A stretch of DNA of 33,630 nucleotides from a virus (Duplodnaviria > Caudoviricetes). Shown here in pieces: positions 18,573 to 27,365 of the stretch. The notes under the pieces are model-generated. The model had not been told where the DNA came from and ran no database searches. It worked only from the letters and a program-made list of their open reading frames with translations. Both the position numbers and the translations under genes were made by a program. How positions within the stretch are numbered: the first letter of the stretch is position 1; each line of letters opens with the position of its first letter. Location of the stretch: IMG/VR virus record IMGVR_UViG_3300020365_000061, positions 1-33,630 of that record. The stretch is one strand, 5' to 3'.

Positions 18573-18772
18573 TCTTTTTTGCCCGAACCAAGGAACAAGC
18601 CAAAAGCGCCAGTGAGCGCCCCAGTCATCACGCTGACCAAGGCCGCTTGCTCGGGATTCGGATCGGGCAAATCCATAAACCACTCGACAACCCGATACGT
18701 CATAACAATCATCACAAACATGACCAGTCGCGGAAGTATCCGCCAGCGATCTAGTAGCTCAGGGGTAATCAT
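18569..18772 (-). CDS. Small two-TM membrane protein (holin/antiholin-like, 67 aa)
   Basis: MITPELLDRWRILPRLVMFVMIVM...AALVSVMTGALTGAFGLFLG: two hydrophobic helices. TAATG coupling at 18772. Confidence 0.7.
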   Translation of the reverse strand: MITPELLDRWRILPRLVMFVMIVMTYRVVEWFMDLPDPNPEQAALVSVMTGALTGAFGLFLGSGKKE

Positions 18773-18909
18773 TATTGAAGTGCTAAAACAGTCACCAAAG
18801 CAATGTTCAGTGCAAGCGCAGACAAAAACAACATCCCGGCTTGCCACTCGGTAAGGTGCATAACACGAAACTTGCAAGCCTTACCAACAGATTTTATCGG
18901 CTCAATCAT
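18772..18909 (-). CDS. Small single-TM protein, 45 aa (MIEPIKSVGKACKFRVMHLTEWQAGMLFLSALALNIALVTVLALQ); not in ORF track
   Basis: ATG 3 nt after the holin stop. Its TAA overlaps the next ATG (TAATG). It exactly fills the gap between the two genes. Confidence 0.65.
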   Translation of the reverse strand: MIEPIKSVGKACKFRVMHLTEWQAGMLFLSALALNIALVTVLALQ

Positions 18910-18912
18910 TAC

Positions 18913-19314
18913 TTACTTCTCCCTTGCTACCTGCTTGGTCTTTTCAAACGTCCTCAAGCCGCCCAACCCCAACATCCCAAGAAGAACGGTCAGCAGGCTT
19001 TCCATTTCAAATACAGGTAGTGGAGGGGCGTCCACACCAGCAAATGTAATAACAAAAACAGCAATAGGCTGGCCCACAAAGTGCCAAGCCAAAGCAACGC
19101 CGCAAGTCCAGCCCACAAACGGCCTCCAGCCTGCGACAAACATGCTTTTGTGTGCCGCTTCAGCCTTGTTAATCTCAATCTGGCCCTTGGCAAGCTCTTG
19201 GGCGTGTCGCTCCGACATCGTCGCAATTTCGTGCGCGAGCCTCGCTTTCTCGTCCGCATCCGGTATGAACTTATCCAGAAGCCCCGTAACTGGGCCAATC
19301 AACGCTTCTAGCAT
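18913..19314 (-). CDS. Holin, 3TM (GTA-type) family
   Basis: LDKFIPDADEK...EINKAEA...FVAGWRPFVGWTCG...LLGMLGLGGLRTFEK signature. AAGGAGG RBS. Confidence 0.88.
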   Translation of the reverse strand: MLEALIGPVTGLLDKFIPDADEKARLAHEIATMSERHAQELAKGQIEINKAEAAHKSMFVAGWRPFVGWTCGVALAWHFVGQPIAVFVITFAGVDAPPLPVFEMESLLTVLLGMLGLGGLRTFEKTKQVAREK

Positions 19315-19323
19315 GACGCCTCC

Positions 19324-20307
19324 TTAGAATGTGGACAGTGCGACCCTTTTCCATGTGTTAGTTGCGACACACACATATATGTAGTCTGTGTCATAGGCTA
19401 TCTCACCCTTGGTTCCTGACGCTGAAGAACTAGCCGGGGTTTGACTGGTATCTATCCTGATGTTATCGCCAGTGGTGGCTAGGGCGTTGAATGTGCCCGC
19501 ACCCGGAGTAGACGCGCCTATATTTGTGCCGTCGATGCTTCCGGCGTTGATGTCTACAGTGGGTAGTGTTGCTGTACCTGTAGTGCTGAGTGTTGTAAAC
19601 GCACCCGTACTGGCAGAGTTGGCCCCAATCGGGGTGCCGTCTACAGCGCCGCCGTTGACATCAATCGAAGAAAATGAGGACGACCCCGTCGAGGTTACGT
19701 TCCCCGTCACGTTTCCCGTTACGTTTCCCGTTACGTTTCCCGTCAGGTCGCCCGTCACGTTTCCCGTCACATTGCCGGTGACGTTACCCGTTACTGCGCC
19801 CGTGACATTCCCTGTCACGTTACCTGTAAGGTTGGCAGTCACTGTTGTTGCTAACAGGTCAACAAAAACCTGCGTAACCGTAGCGCCCGAACCAGAACCG
19901 CTAAACTTCAGCACTGCATCCTTGCCGCTGGCAAGCTCAAAGTCATTCGAGGCGTTATATGTGCCTTGAAAAAGGATTACTGACCGGCTTGACGACAGGC
20001 TATTACGAACAAATACAATCTTTTCCGCGTCATTTGGGGTCAGCCTGACATACGCTGTGCCGCCAAGATCACCGCCATCCGTAAACTCAATAAACTTGTT
20101 TCTACCGTTAGATACAGCGCCGTCCGTAACAGGGATGTCTGTTGGCGAGCCAGAACTACCGGCAGAAGACAGGGTCAGTGACAGTATTCCGTTGACAGCC
20201 TGATCCAAAATGTCGAAGTTGGTGTTGGTTGTGTCGCCCCATGTACCAGACTGATCGCCTGTTGCAATTTTCTCTATGCCTAAGTTGGTCGTATATGTGC
20301 TAGTCAT
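19324..20307 (-). CDS. Tail fibre-like protein (327 aa) with TGNV repeats
   Basis: N-terminus STYTTNLGIEKIATGDQSGTWG, (TGNV)n shaft, duplicated DxNxGxxDGTxIGA motif, C-terminal GEIAYDTDYIYVCVATNTWKR. Confidence 0.75.
   Translation of the reverse strand: MTSTYTTNLGIEKIATGDQSGTWGDTTNTNFDILDQAVNGILSLTLSSAGSSGSPTDIPVTDGAVSNGRNKFIEFTDGGDLGGTAYVRLTPNDAEKIVFVRNSLSSSRSVILFQGTYNASNDFELASGKDAVLKFSGSGSGATVTQVFVDLLATTVTANLTGNVTGNVTGAVTGNVTGNVTGNVTGDLTGNVTGNVTGNVTGNVTSTGSSSFSSIDVNGGAVDGTPIGANSASTGAFTTLSTTGTATLPTVDINAGSIDGTNIGASTPGAGTFNALATTGDNIRIDTSQTPASSSASGTKGEIAYDTDYIYVCVATNTWKRVALSTF
19696..19827 (-). repeat. Coding tandem repeat, 11 x 12 bp (TGNV/TGAV/TGDL)
   Basis: Read directly, e.g. gtttcccgttac units on the + strand, with synonymous variation. 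Confidence 0.9.
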
Positions 20308-20310
20308 GTC

Positions 20311-21087
20311 TTATGCCGCTATCTCTGTCCAATTCGGGTCTTGATTCGGGTTAATCTCATTCCATGCCACAACGGACGCTCCAGAAGTTGACGCTGTCGC
20401 CGATACCCCCGTTACAGGAACGGTAAGACTTCCCTCGCCAACCACAATGCCGACTTGTCCCTGCGCGGACAGCGACCCAAGAGCAATTATTGGTCCTGTT
20501 CCTTCGGTTACCGTGACAGACCCAGCTCCGCCCGTTCCTGCTATTCCAGTAACAGCAACAATTGCATCCCCGTCAATAATGACAGAGCCAACCGATGCAG
20601 TTGCCGAGACTCCGGTAACGCTCGCACTCGCATTGGAGTTTACTTCAACACTACCCACTGACCCAGTTGCCGCTATTCCTGTAACAGAATCGCCTACACC
20701 CAACTGGAAGGTTATTAATAAATCGCCATCACCCAGCGTTGCGAAAGGCTCTTCGGAAAAACTCAAACCACCAAACAGAGATGAGCCTGTCTCTGTTGAT
20801 GTCGTGGGCATGAATGCAGAAACGCCGGTTACGCTCACATTCGCAAGAACAGAAACAGACGCAGAACCTACACTTCCAGTTGCCTGAAGCCCAGTTACCG
20901 CCACTGACTGAGTAAAAACAAGAGCACCAACAGCGCCTGTAGCGCCAAGGCCGGTTACCGACACCTCGACGTTACCGTTAACGGTGACAGAGCCTACCCC
21001 CCCAGTAGCCGCTACACCTGTTACACCAACTGGGCCAGTGGGGCTTTGACTAAATGACGAAGCGGAAAAGGGATTAGAGCCAAACAT
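20311..21087 (-). CDS. V/G/S/T-rich repetitive virion protein (258 aa)
   Basis: Repeated VTG[VIL]xATGxVGSV units. C-terminus WNEINPNQDPNWTEIAA. Confidence 0.7.
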   Translation of the reverse strand: MFGSNPFSASSFSQSPTGPVGVTGVAATGGVGSVTVNGNVEVSVTGLGATGAVGALVFTQSVAVTGLQATGSVGSASVSVLANVSVTGVSAFMPTTSTETGSSLFGGLSFSEEPFATLGDGDLLITFQLGVGDSVTGIAATGSVGSVEVNSNASASVTGVSATASVGSVIIDGDAIVAVTGIAGTGGAGSVTVTEGTGPIIALGSLSAQGQVGIVVGEGSLTVPVTGVSATASTSGASVVAWNEINPNQDPNWTEIAA

Positions 21088-21093
21088 GAGTTA

Positions 21094-21330
21094 CTATTTA
21101 TCCGCCTTAGAATCTATTTTGGCCTCTATGGTGTCCAGCTTCTCAAATATACGTTGTATATCCTGACGAAACTCATCTCGCTTTACATACTCGCGAGCCA
21201 CCAACACCTCTATGTCACTAACCTCTTTCTCCAGCCTTCTTACGGAGTCCCATAGTGTCTTCATGGTCCAGCCAAAAATACCAGCACCGAGAGTGATTAC
21301 TGTATTGATCAAACCCTGATCCATTCTCAC
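21094..21330 (-). CDS. Small membrane-anchored coiled-coil protein (76-78 aa)
   Basis: N-terminal hydrophobic helix then EYVKRDEFRQDIQRIFEKLDTIEAKID coiled coil. Start at GTG 21330 or ATG 21324. Confidence 0.7.
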   Translation of the reverse strand: MRMDQGLINTVITLGAGIFGWTMKTLWDSVRRLEKEVSDIEVLVAREYVKRDEFRQDIQRIFEKLDTIEAKIDSKADK

Positions 21331-21803
21331 CCCTTATTCATTATCGCCTTTACAATTATGCTAATTAGCCAAGCCGCCGCACCTGCTAAGATTGCAATCC
21401 AAGCTGACTTAACTGCTGTGTCTTTGGCTTCCTGCTGTGCGTACACCTCTCTTTCTCGTTGTGCCTGCACCTCTTTCATGCACCTTCGGTATTCCTCTAA
21501 GCCTTCGTTCCCATACGCGTACTTCAAAAGGGTAACTATTTCTTTACGTTGATTTTCAATGCGCTTTTTAGCGGCAAACATCTGTGCGGCCTCTGCCTCA
21601 ACGGAGCTAGAAAACACAACTGCCTTAAACGGGTTTGTACGTTTTTTTTGACGCTGACTTACATACAAAATATCTGATGCATGACCCTGCCATCTAGCCA
21701 CCACCTGAAACGTGTCTTCAATACTTTTACCGGCTTCAATAAAAGCTCTGACCCCAGCATATGCTTTGGTCGCCGCCGCCGCCGCTGTAATTGGGTCAAT
21801 CAT
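21327..21803 (-). CDS. Helical phage protein with C-terminal TM (158 aa)
   Basis: MIDPITAAAAATKAY start, coiled-coil middle, hydrophobic C-terminus AWIAILAGAAAWLISIIV. Confidence 0.7.
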   Translation of the reverse strand: MIDPITAAAAATKAYAGVRAFIEAGKSIEDTFQVVARWQGHASDILYVSQRQKKRTNPFKAVVFSSSVEAEAAQMFAAKKRIENQRKEIVTLLKYAYGNEGLEEYRRCMKEVQAQREREVYAQQEAKDTAVKSAWIAILAGAAAWLISIIVKAIMNKG

Positions 21804-21813
21804 TTAGCTTCTT

Positions 21814-22080
21814 TTAGGCGCTAGGGTCTACCCAGTTTGGGTCTTGAACCCACTTGGGATCGGCACTGGGGTCGTATGTATAGCGGTTTCCCGACCAATT
21901 TTCTGGTGCATCTGTTACGTTTTCAGTCAAGGTCGCGTTTCCAGAATTAAGATCACCAATATAAAAGTCAGGAGCGGAAGGATCACCAACTGTGATCTTG
22001 TCAGAGGCCATAGCCACAGCCTTGCTGTCCTCAAAAAGATACTTAGACAGCTTCGTTGAGTTTTCCGTAATTGTCTTCAT
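21814..22080 (-). CDS. Small fibre-associated protein / putative assembly chaperone (88 aa)
   Basis: Follows the propeller genes. PENWSGNRYTYD...WVQDPNW W/P-rich C-terminus resembles fibre-assembly proteins. Confidence 0.55.
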   Translation of the reverse strand: MKTITENSTKLSKYLFEDSKAVAMASDKITVGDPSAPDFYIGDLNSGNATLTENVTDAPENWSGNRYTYDPSADPKWVQDPNWVDPSA

Positions 22081-22086
22081 TTTCCC

Positions 22087-23550
22087 TTATCCGTTTAACA
22101 AAATAGATGTTGCTGATATTGCCACGCCTAGCACAATGGGAGACGTTGTCGTAGAAGCCGAGCCATCAGACTGCAAGTAATACGTTGACCCTATTGTCAG
22201 CCCGCTAAATTTTTCAGAGATGCCGCCAACCAGCGTAACCTCGCCTGTTGCAGTGTCCGATATAGCCGCCTCGGCAACTCCCACAAACTTGGGTGCAGGT
22301 AGCGCATTACTTGAGGGCGGCTGATATACAGTGCCTTGCCCAGAAGTACTGCTATTTGTATGTAAAACCGCGACTTTTGCTTGATCAGGGTCGTATGTTG
22401 CAAGTGTTGAGCTATAGTTACTTGAGTTAGTGCTGTTTGTGCTTATCTCAAATCCAGAATCAAGCGAAATGCTTTTGTCTGAAGAAACAGTCGCGTTGTA
22501 CACATAAGGACGCCCATTTGTGCCGTGCCTCACGCCAATCACTACTTTCTTGTTCACTTCGTCATAGGTAAGACTGTACTGACCAGACTGGATGCCTATC
22601 GCCACAGCGTCTCCAAAGTCAATCGTTGAGTTTGTCCCTGACCCAGATACCTCGCCAGCTATAACTTTTCCAGCATTAGAATCACTGGTGTCTCTGTACC
22701 CTATGACAATCAGATTGTTGTCTGAATCAAAACATGCGTCTGGATAGTCGGTTATCCCGCTTTCAAACACCACTGCTGTGCCAAGATCATATCCTGTCTT
22801 GGATGAATTTATTTCCCCAACCACTGCGGTTCCGTAATTGCTGTTTCCATAGTCACGCCAAATAAAAACCATTCTTTCTGCGTTTGAGTCATAGACAACA
22901 TTAGGCCAATATCCTACGGCAGACTTGATCAAGTTTGCCCCGTTCCAACTTATGCCCGTAGCCGATCCGGTTCCTGAGTAATAATACGGATAATTAGAGT
23001 TGGAAACCGCCTCAAGCATAACCAGCCACCGATTTGCCGCCGCGTTATAGGCTAACGAGCACTCTCCGGCAGTAGCCCCGTAAAAATCACCCGTTCCGCC
23101 AAGCGTAAACGCCGTTCCGCTTACGCTACCAATGGCATGTCTACCCCATGTATTCGCTTGGAAAGCGACCCCGATAGTGCTGTTGTTAGAATTAAACGCA
23201 ATCGAGGTGTGTGAGGTGCTGTAGCTGTAACAGACAACAGGCGTTCCAAAGGTGATCGAAGACCCCGACACGTCCCCCACAACAACAGTTAGGTAATATC
23301 CGTTACCGGCATCGGCGTATGAGATAACTATTTTGTCTGCAACAGGCTCATGTACCGAGTCAAAGTACCTGACATGGGCCGATTCAAAAGTGGCCGCACT
23401 GCCTTTAGATTCTGATATTGCCGCCACAACACTAACGGTGCCGTTGGTGTTCAGGATGACGGTGTCGCCGTTGGATATGGCACCCGACGCAGTAACCTCT
23501 GCTTTTTTTCCCGACGCTCCTGCGGGCAACAAGTCAGACAGATTGGTCAT
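22087..23550 (-). CDS. Beta-propeller virion protein, paralog 3 (487 aa), putative receptor-binding/adhesin
   Basis: About six diverged G.VSG..I.FG repeats. Shares N-terminus MTNLSDLLPAG and C-terminal GLTIGSTYY domain with its neighbours. Confidence 0.7.
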   Translation of the reverse strand: MTNLSDLLPAGASGKKAEVTASGAISNGDTVILNTNGTVSVVAAISESKGSAATFESAHVRYFDSVHEPVADKIVISYADAGNGYYLTVVVGDVSGSSITFGTPVVCYSYSTSHTSIAFNSNNSTIGVAFQANTWGRHAIGSVSGTAFTLGGTGDFYGATAGECSLAYNAAANRWLVMLEAVSNSNYPYYYSGTGSATGISWNGANLIKSAVGYWPNVVYDSNAERMVFIWRDYGNSNYGTAVVGEINSSKTGYDLGTAVVFESGITDYPDACFDSDNNLIVIGYRDTSDSNAGKVIAGEVSGSGTNSTIDFGDAVAIGIQSGQYSLTYDEVNKKVVIGVRHGTNGRPYVYNATVSSDKSISLDSGFEISTNSTNSSNYSSTLATYDPDQAKVAVLHTNSSTSGQGTVYQPPSSNALPAPKFVGVAEAAISDTATGEVTLVGGISEKFSGLTIGSTYYLQSDGSASTTTSPIVLGVAISATSILLNG

Positions 23551-25001
23551 GTGCTGTAGTCCAGATCAATACTGGTTGATGAAATCGCTCGACCCACCAA
23601 AACATTACTCGATGACGTTGTGGTTAAGGTTCCGTCTTTTGCAACGTAATAAACCGAGTTGGCCGTCAAGCCTGAAACATTAGACGAAACCCCTCCTTTT
23701 ATCGTTATTGAGCCGCTAGAACCATCGGATATAGCGCCTCCTGATATTCCCAAAAAGTTACTGGCTGTAACATTTGAGGCGGGTACAGTAATCACCACGC
23801 TGGTTCCGTCATTCCCGGCTGGGTTGTCTGCGTATGACACCACCACCTTCTGGGCATTTGAGTCGTAGGTCATGTTTGGATAATCTGCTCTGCCGCCATC
23901 ATTCAGCGTTATAAGTGGATCGAGAGTTATCGTTGTCCCGCTTACCTTCCCGACAAGAAGAAATGTTTCGTTGCTTGAGCTAAAGACCAACGCAACCACC
24001 CCCGCATTGCTGTCAAATGTTGCTTGGCCGGGGCGAAGGTCTTGACTCCCTAGCTCACTCTTTGATGTTGCGACGGGGGTTCCATAAGATACTGACGTGC
24101 CGGAAACTGTGCCGACCACTGCGGTAAGCGTGTTGGAGTTATTTGGATCGTTGAAAAAAACGACAACCTTATTATTTGTGCTGTCAAAAGCCATCGGCCT
24201 GCCGAGTGAAGAACCTGCGGCGCTAGCAAACTGGGAACTAGACCCGAAAGAAATTGACGTTCCTGAAACCGTTCCGACTGCTGAATCGGCAGTAGTTCCG
24301 CCACCGGCATAATTTCGGAATGTAGCAACGTGCTTATTCGCGTTGGTGTCAAATACCGCGTTTACGGCCTCTCCGCCTGACCCACCGGATATATCCACTG
24401 CGGACCCAAAGCTGATTGACGTACCGCTGACGGTTCCCACCCTCGCGACCACTCCGTTGTAGTAAACAACAACCTTGTTATTGTCACTGTCGAAAACCAA
24501 AACGGGAAATCTTGACGTGGCTGAGTTATATACTACTTTTGTGCCAAAACTAATTGATGTTCCTGACACGGTTCCAACTATTGCGTAACCGTAATCCGAT
24601 GCATAATTCTCTTTGTATGCGATGACAACCCTGTCTGCATTGCTATCGTAAGCTACTGCTAATTCAGTAGCCGCATAACTAAGGCTATGCCACGCGACAG
24701 GCGTTCCGAATGAAATGCTTGAGCCGCTTACAGTGCCGACAACAGCCCAACCATCATTGCCGTCACGATAAACAATGACAACCTTGTTGCTAGTGGAGTC
24801 AAAAACAGAAACCCCATCATTGGGTGGATCGTCACCGTCAAATACCGCTTCAGAACCAGATGCAAAATTTTGTCCAGACACTGCGGTAACGGTGCCGTTG
24901 GCGTTTAAAATTACCGTCTTTCCAGACGCTATAGTGCCTGACGCCGTAAAGCTAACCTCTTTACCAGCGCCAGCAGGAAATAAATCGCTCAGACTGCTCA
25001 T
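23547..25001 (-). CDS. Beta-propeller virion protein, paralog 2 (484 aa)
   Basis: Six VGTVSGTSISFG-type repeats with [FY]DSxxxKVV strands. N-terminus MSSLSDLFPAG. Confidence 0.7.
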   Translation of the reverse strand: MSSLSDLFPAGAGKEVSFTASGTIASGKTVILNANGTVTAVSGQNFASGSEAVFDGDDPPNDGVSVFDSTSNKVVIVYRDGNDGWAVVGTVSGSSISFGTPVAWHSLSYAATELAVAYDSNADRVVIAYKENYASDYGYAIVGTVSGTSISFGTKVVYNSATSRFPVLVFDSDNNKVVVYYNGVVARVGTVSGTSISFGSAVDISGGSGGEAVNAVFDTNANKHVATFRNYAGGGTTADSAVGTVSGTSISFGSSSQFASAAGSSLGRPMAFDSTNNKVVVFFNDPNNSNTLTAVVGTVSGTSVSYGTPVATSKSELGSQDLRPGQATFDSNAGVVALVFSSSNETFLLVGKVSGTTITLDPLITLNDGGRADYPNMTYDSNAQKVVVSYADNPAGNDGTSVVITVPASNVTASNFLGISGGAISDGSSGSITIKGGVSSNVSGLTANSVYYVAKDGTLTTTSSSNVLVGRAISSTSIDLDYST

Positions 25002-26461
25002 GACCGATTCTTCATGTTAATAGTTGTGGCTTTAATAGCCTGACCTATTTTTACTGCTGGCGACGTAGACGTTGTAGAAATAGTCCCATCTTCCTGTACA
25101 TAATAATCAGAGCCAATGGTCAGCCCAGACTGAGACTCGTTGAGTGAGCCCACCGTGTTGACTGTCCCAGTAGCCGAGTTTGATATCGCTTGTGCGGCAA
25201 GCCCAATAAATGACGTTGATGTCAAGTTTGTCTGGATTGGTGAAAACGCCCTGCCTGACAGGCGCTGACTATTGTTTGGGTCTGAAAACGTGACATGCAT
25301 TTTTCTGGCGGCTGTGTCATCACTTAAAGCGGCCACCGTGTAATCCGCGTCTGCTCCAGAGGCCGTTGTGCTATCAAAACTAATAGACGTTCCCGACACT
25401 GTGCCGGGATGCAACAAACCGCCACTGGAAGACGAGGATGTAGAAATTACGACTTTTTTGGCGGAAGCCATGTACTCTATTGACGAATATCTGTTTGCAA
25501 TGCTTTCTGACAAAAACACCGTTTCTGTCCCAAACGAGATGTTAGTGCCAGACACTGTACCGACAGCATAAGCCGCATAGCTGTTTTGACCCTCTCTCCC
25601 AGCGACAACGATTTTCCCGGCAGACGCATCAAATGTCGCGGCTAGTGTCAGACTGCCAAAGGTGGAGCTTCCAAACTTTGCAACAGTGCCAAAAGAAATA
25701 GACGTTCCGCTGACGGTTCCAACAACAGCCGTACCACGGTTATTGTCTGCGCTATCCGTGTAGATAATAACTATTTTTTCATTTGTGCTGTCGTATACGA
25801 CTCCGCGTCCTTCTAAAAGAGTGTATGCTGACTCAAAAGTAGCCTGTGAGCCAAATGAGATAGTGGTGCCGCTGACAGTCCCTACGGACGCTTTTCCGTA
25901 ACTGCTACTTCCATTGTCTTGCAGGGCCACCACGAATTTATTCTCTGCGGCGTGATAGGCAATGGAGTTGTCTCCTGCCGTGGCATTACTGTCGATAGTC
26001 TCAGCATTTCCAAAGCTAATGCTTGTCCCGCTAACAGTTCCCACACGAGCCTTGGTGCCTCCCGTTTGATCCTTGTAGGAAACAACAACCTTGCCATTGC
26101 CAAACGCAATAGACGGTCTTTCTATACTGGTAGATGTCCACGCAACAGGCGTTCCGTAACTAACCGTGGAGCCGCTGATCGTCCCGACCACAGCGTAGCC
26201 ATAATTAGATGAGCCTTGGTAGGCGATTACAACTTTGTTGTTGGTGCTGTCATATGCGGAGCTAGTGGTTCTTGTGTTGATGTTAGTCTGCGTGGATATT
26301 TCCACAATAGAACCTATGGCGGCGGCAACATTTCCAACGGATGTAACCGTGCCGTCAGAGTTCAATACAACTGCGTCGCCATTGGATACAGCGCCACTTG
26401 CCGTAAACGTAAAGTTATTCTGGCCCCCGCCCGCAGGCAATAGCTCGGAAAGGTTGCTCAC
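24998..26461 (-). CDS. Beta-propeller virion protein, paralog 1 (487 aa)
   Basis: Six VGTVSGTSISFG-type repeats. N-terminus MSNLSELLPAG (GTG start directly after the upstream TGA). Confidence 0.7.
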   Translation of the reverse strand: MSNLSELLPAGGGQNNFTFTASGAVSNGDAVVLNSDGTVTSVGNVAAAIGSIVEISTQTNINTRTTSSAYDSTNNKVVIAYQGSSNYGYAVVGTISGSTVSYGTPVAWTSTSIERPSIAFGNGKVVVSYKDQTGGTKARVGTVSGTSISFGNAETIDSNATAGDNSIAYHAAENKFVVALQDNGSSSYGKASVGTVSGTTISFGSQATFESAYTLLEGRGVVYDSTNEKIVIIYTDSADNNRGTAVVGTVSGTSISFGTVAKFGSSTFGSLTLAATFDASAGKIVVAGREGQNSYAAYAVGTVSGTNISFGTETVFLSESIANRYSSIEYMASAKKVVISTSSSSSGGLLHPGTVSGTSISFDSTTASGADADYTVAALSDDTAARKMHVTFSDPNNSQRLSGRAFSPIQTNLTSTSFIGLAAQAISNSATGTVNTVGSLNESQSGLTIGSDYYVQEDGTISTTSTSPAVKIGQAIKATTINMKNRS

Positions 26462-27355
26462 TCAAACGCTCCACCCAATGGTGCTGTTGATATACGTCAT
26501 GGTGATTTCTGCAAAGTTCTTGTCGAACGTCAGGTCACTAGCACTCGACGCAATGTTTGAGCCATTTCTGGCGACAGTAAATGTCGTCGTGGCGGCGGCC
26601 CCCGTGCCGTCTTTGATGGTGACTGAGTTGCCCGCACTAGGCGAAGCAGGAAGCGTAATTGTAATGCTACCCGCTGTTGCGACTACAAAATCTCCTGCCA
26701 CAGCGGTGTAGTTGGCGCTTTTAAGCAGTGGGTCGGGCAGGGAGTTCGTAAAAGCCAGCTTGCCACTGCCGTTAGTGTTGAGAATCTGCCTTGCGCTTCC
26801 CGTTGCATTAGGTAGCTCTAGGGTGTAAGTAGCTCCAGCACTGTGCGGTGGCCCCTTTAGCGTTACCCCGTGCGAGTTGCTTTCGCAGTTAAACCTAACC
26901 GCCCCGGCGTTAGTATTGCCGTATAGCTCAGTGAACCCGGTGCCATTGGGAAACAGCTGGATGTTACCGTTAGTGTTTGTGGACTTAATTGCGTTAGTGT
27001 CAAACTGGAGGTTCTCAATAGACACCACGCCATCGGCGTCTTCTACAACCGCCTTGTCCGCAGGAAACGCGCAAAATATAGACTTGGTGCCCGCCTGTAA
27101 GTTAACAGCAGAGCCGCTGTTAGAGCTTGCCAAAACTGTAGTCCTCGTAAGGGTGTTGCCACTACTGGCGTAAGTCCCAAGACCCACCTCAAAGGCTGAG
27201 TTACTGGTGTCTACAATCGCATAATAAGTTGTGTCTGCATTCGATAGGACAGACGAAAACGTCACAAAATTGGTGGCCGCGCCGCCTAAAGCAATCGCAC
27301 CCGTCCCGGTGGTTGTCGTTGTCTCCTTGACGCGGTCTTTAATTACGAGAGCCAT
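26462..27355 (-). CDS. Fibre anchor protein B (297 aa) with T4 gp34-like C-terminal domain
   Basis: N-terminus DRVKETTTTTGTG...FEVGLGT...RTTVLASSNSGSAVNLQAGTK. C-terminus ITITLPASPSAGNSVTIKD...VARNGSNI...YINSTIGW. Confidence 0.7.
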   Translation of the reverse strand: MALVIKDRVKETTTTTGTGAIALGGAATNFVTFSSVLSNADTTYYAIVDTSNSAFEVGLGTYASSGNTLTRTTVLASSNSGSAVNLQAGTKSIFCAFPADKAVVEDADGVVSIENLQFDTNAIKSTNTNGNIQLFPNGTGFTELYGNTNAGAVRFNCESNSHGVTLKGPPHSAGATYTLELPNATGSARQILNTNGSGKLAFTNSLPDPLLKSANYTAVAGDFVVATAGSITITLPASPSAGNSVTIKDGTGAAATTTFTVARNGSNIASSASDLTFDKNFAEITMTYINSTIGWSV

Positions 27356-27365
27356 AACATAACCT

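Noticed and set aside
18573-18877. Long starts for the endolysin (18683) and the two-TM protein (18877), including a possible SAR-type N-terminus
   Set aside because: The extensions overlap neighbouring genes; coupled starts at 18572 and 18772 fit exactly.
19696-19827. 12-bp tandem repeat as a CRISPR array or origin iterons
   Set aside because: No spacers; in-frame coding repeat with third-position variation inside a fibre gene.
19460-19969. Antisense ORF with VTFP repeats
   Set aside because: Reverse-complement shadow of the TGNV repeat; no RBS or operon context.
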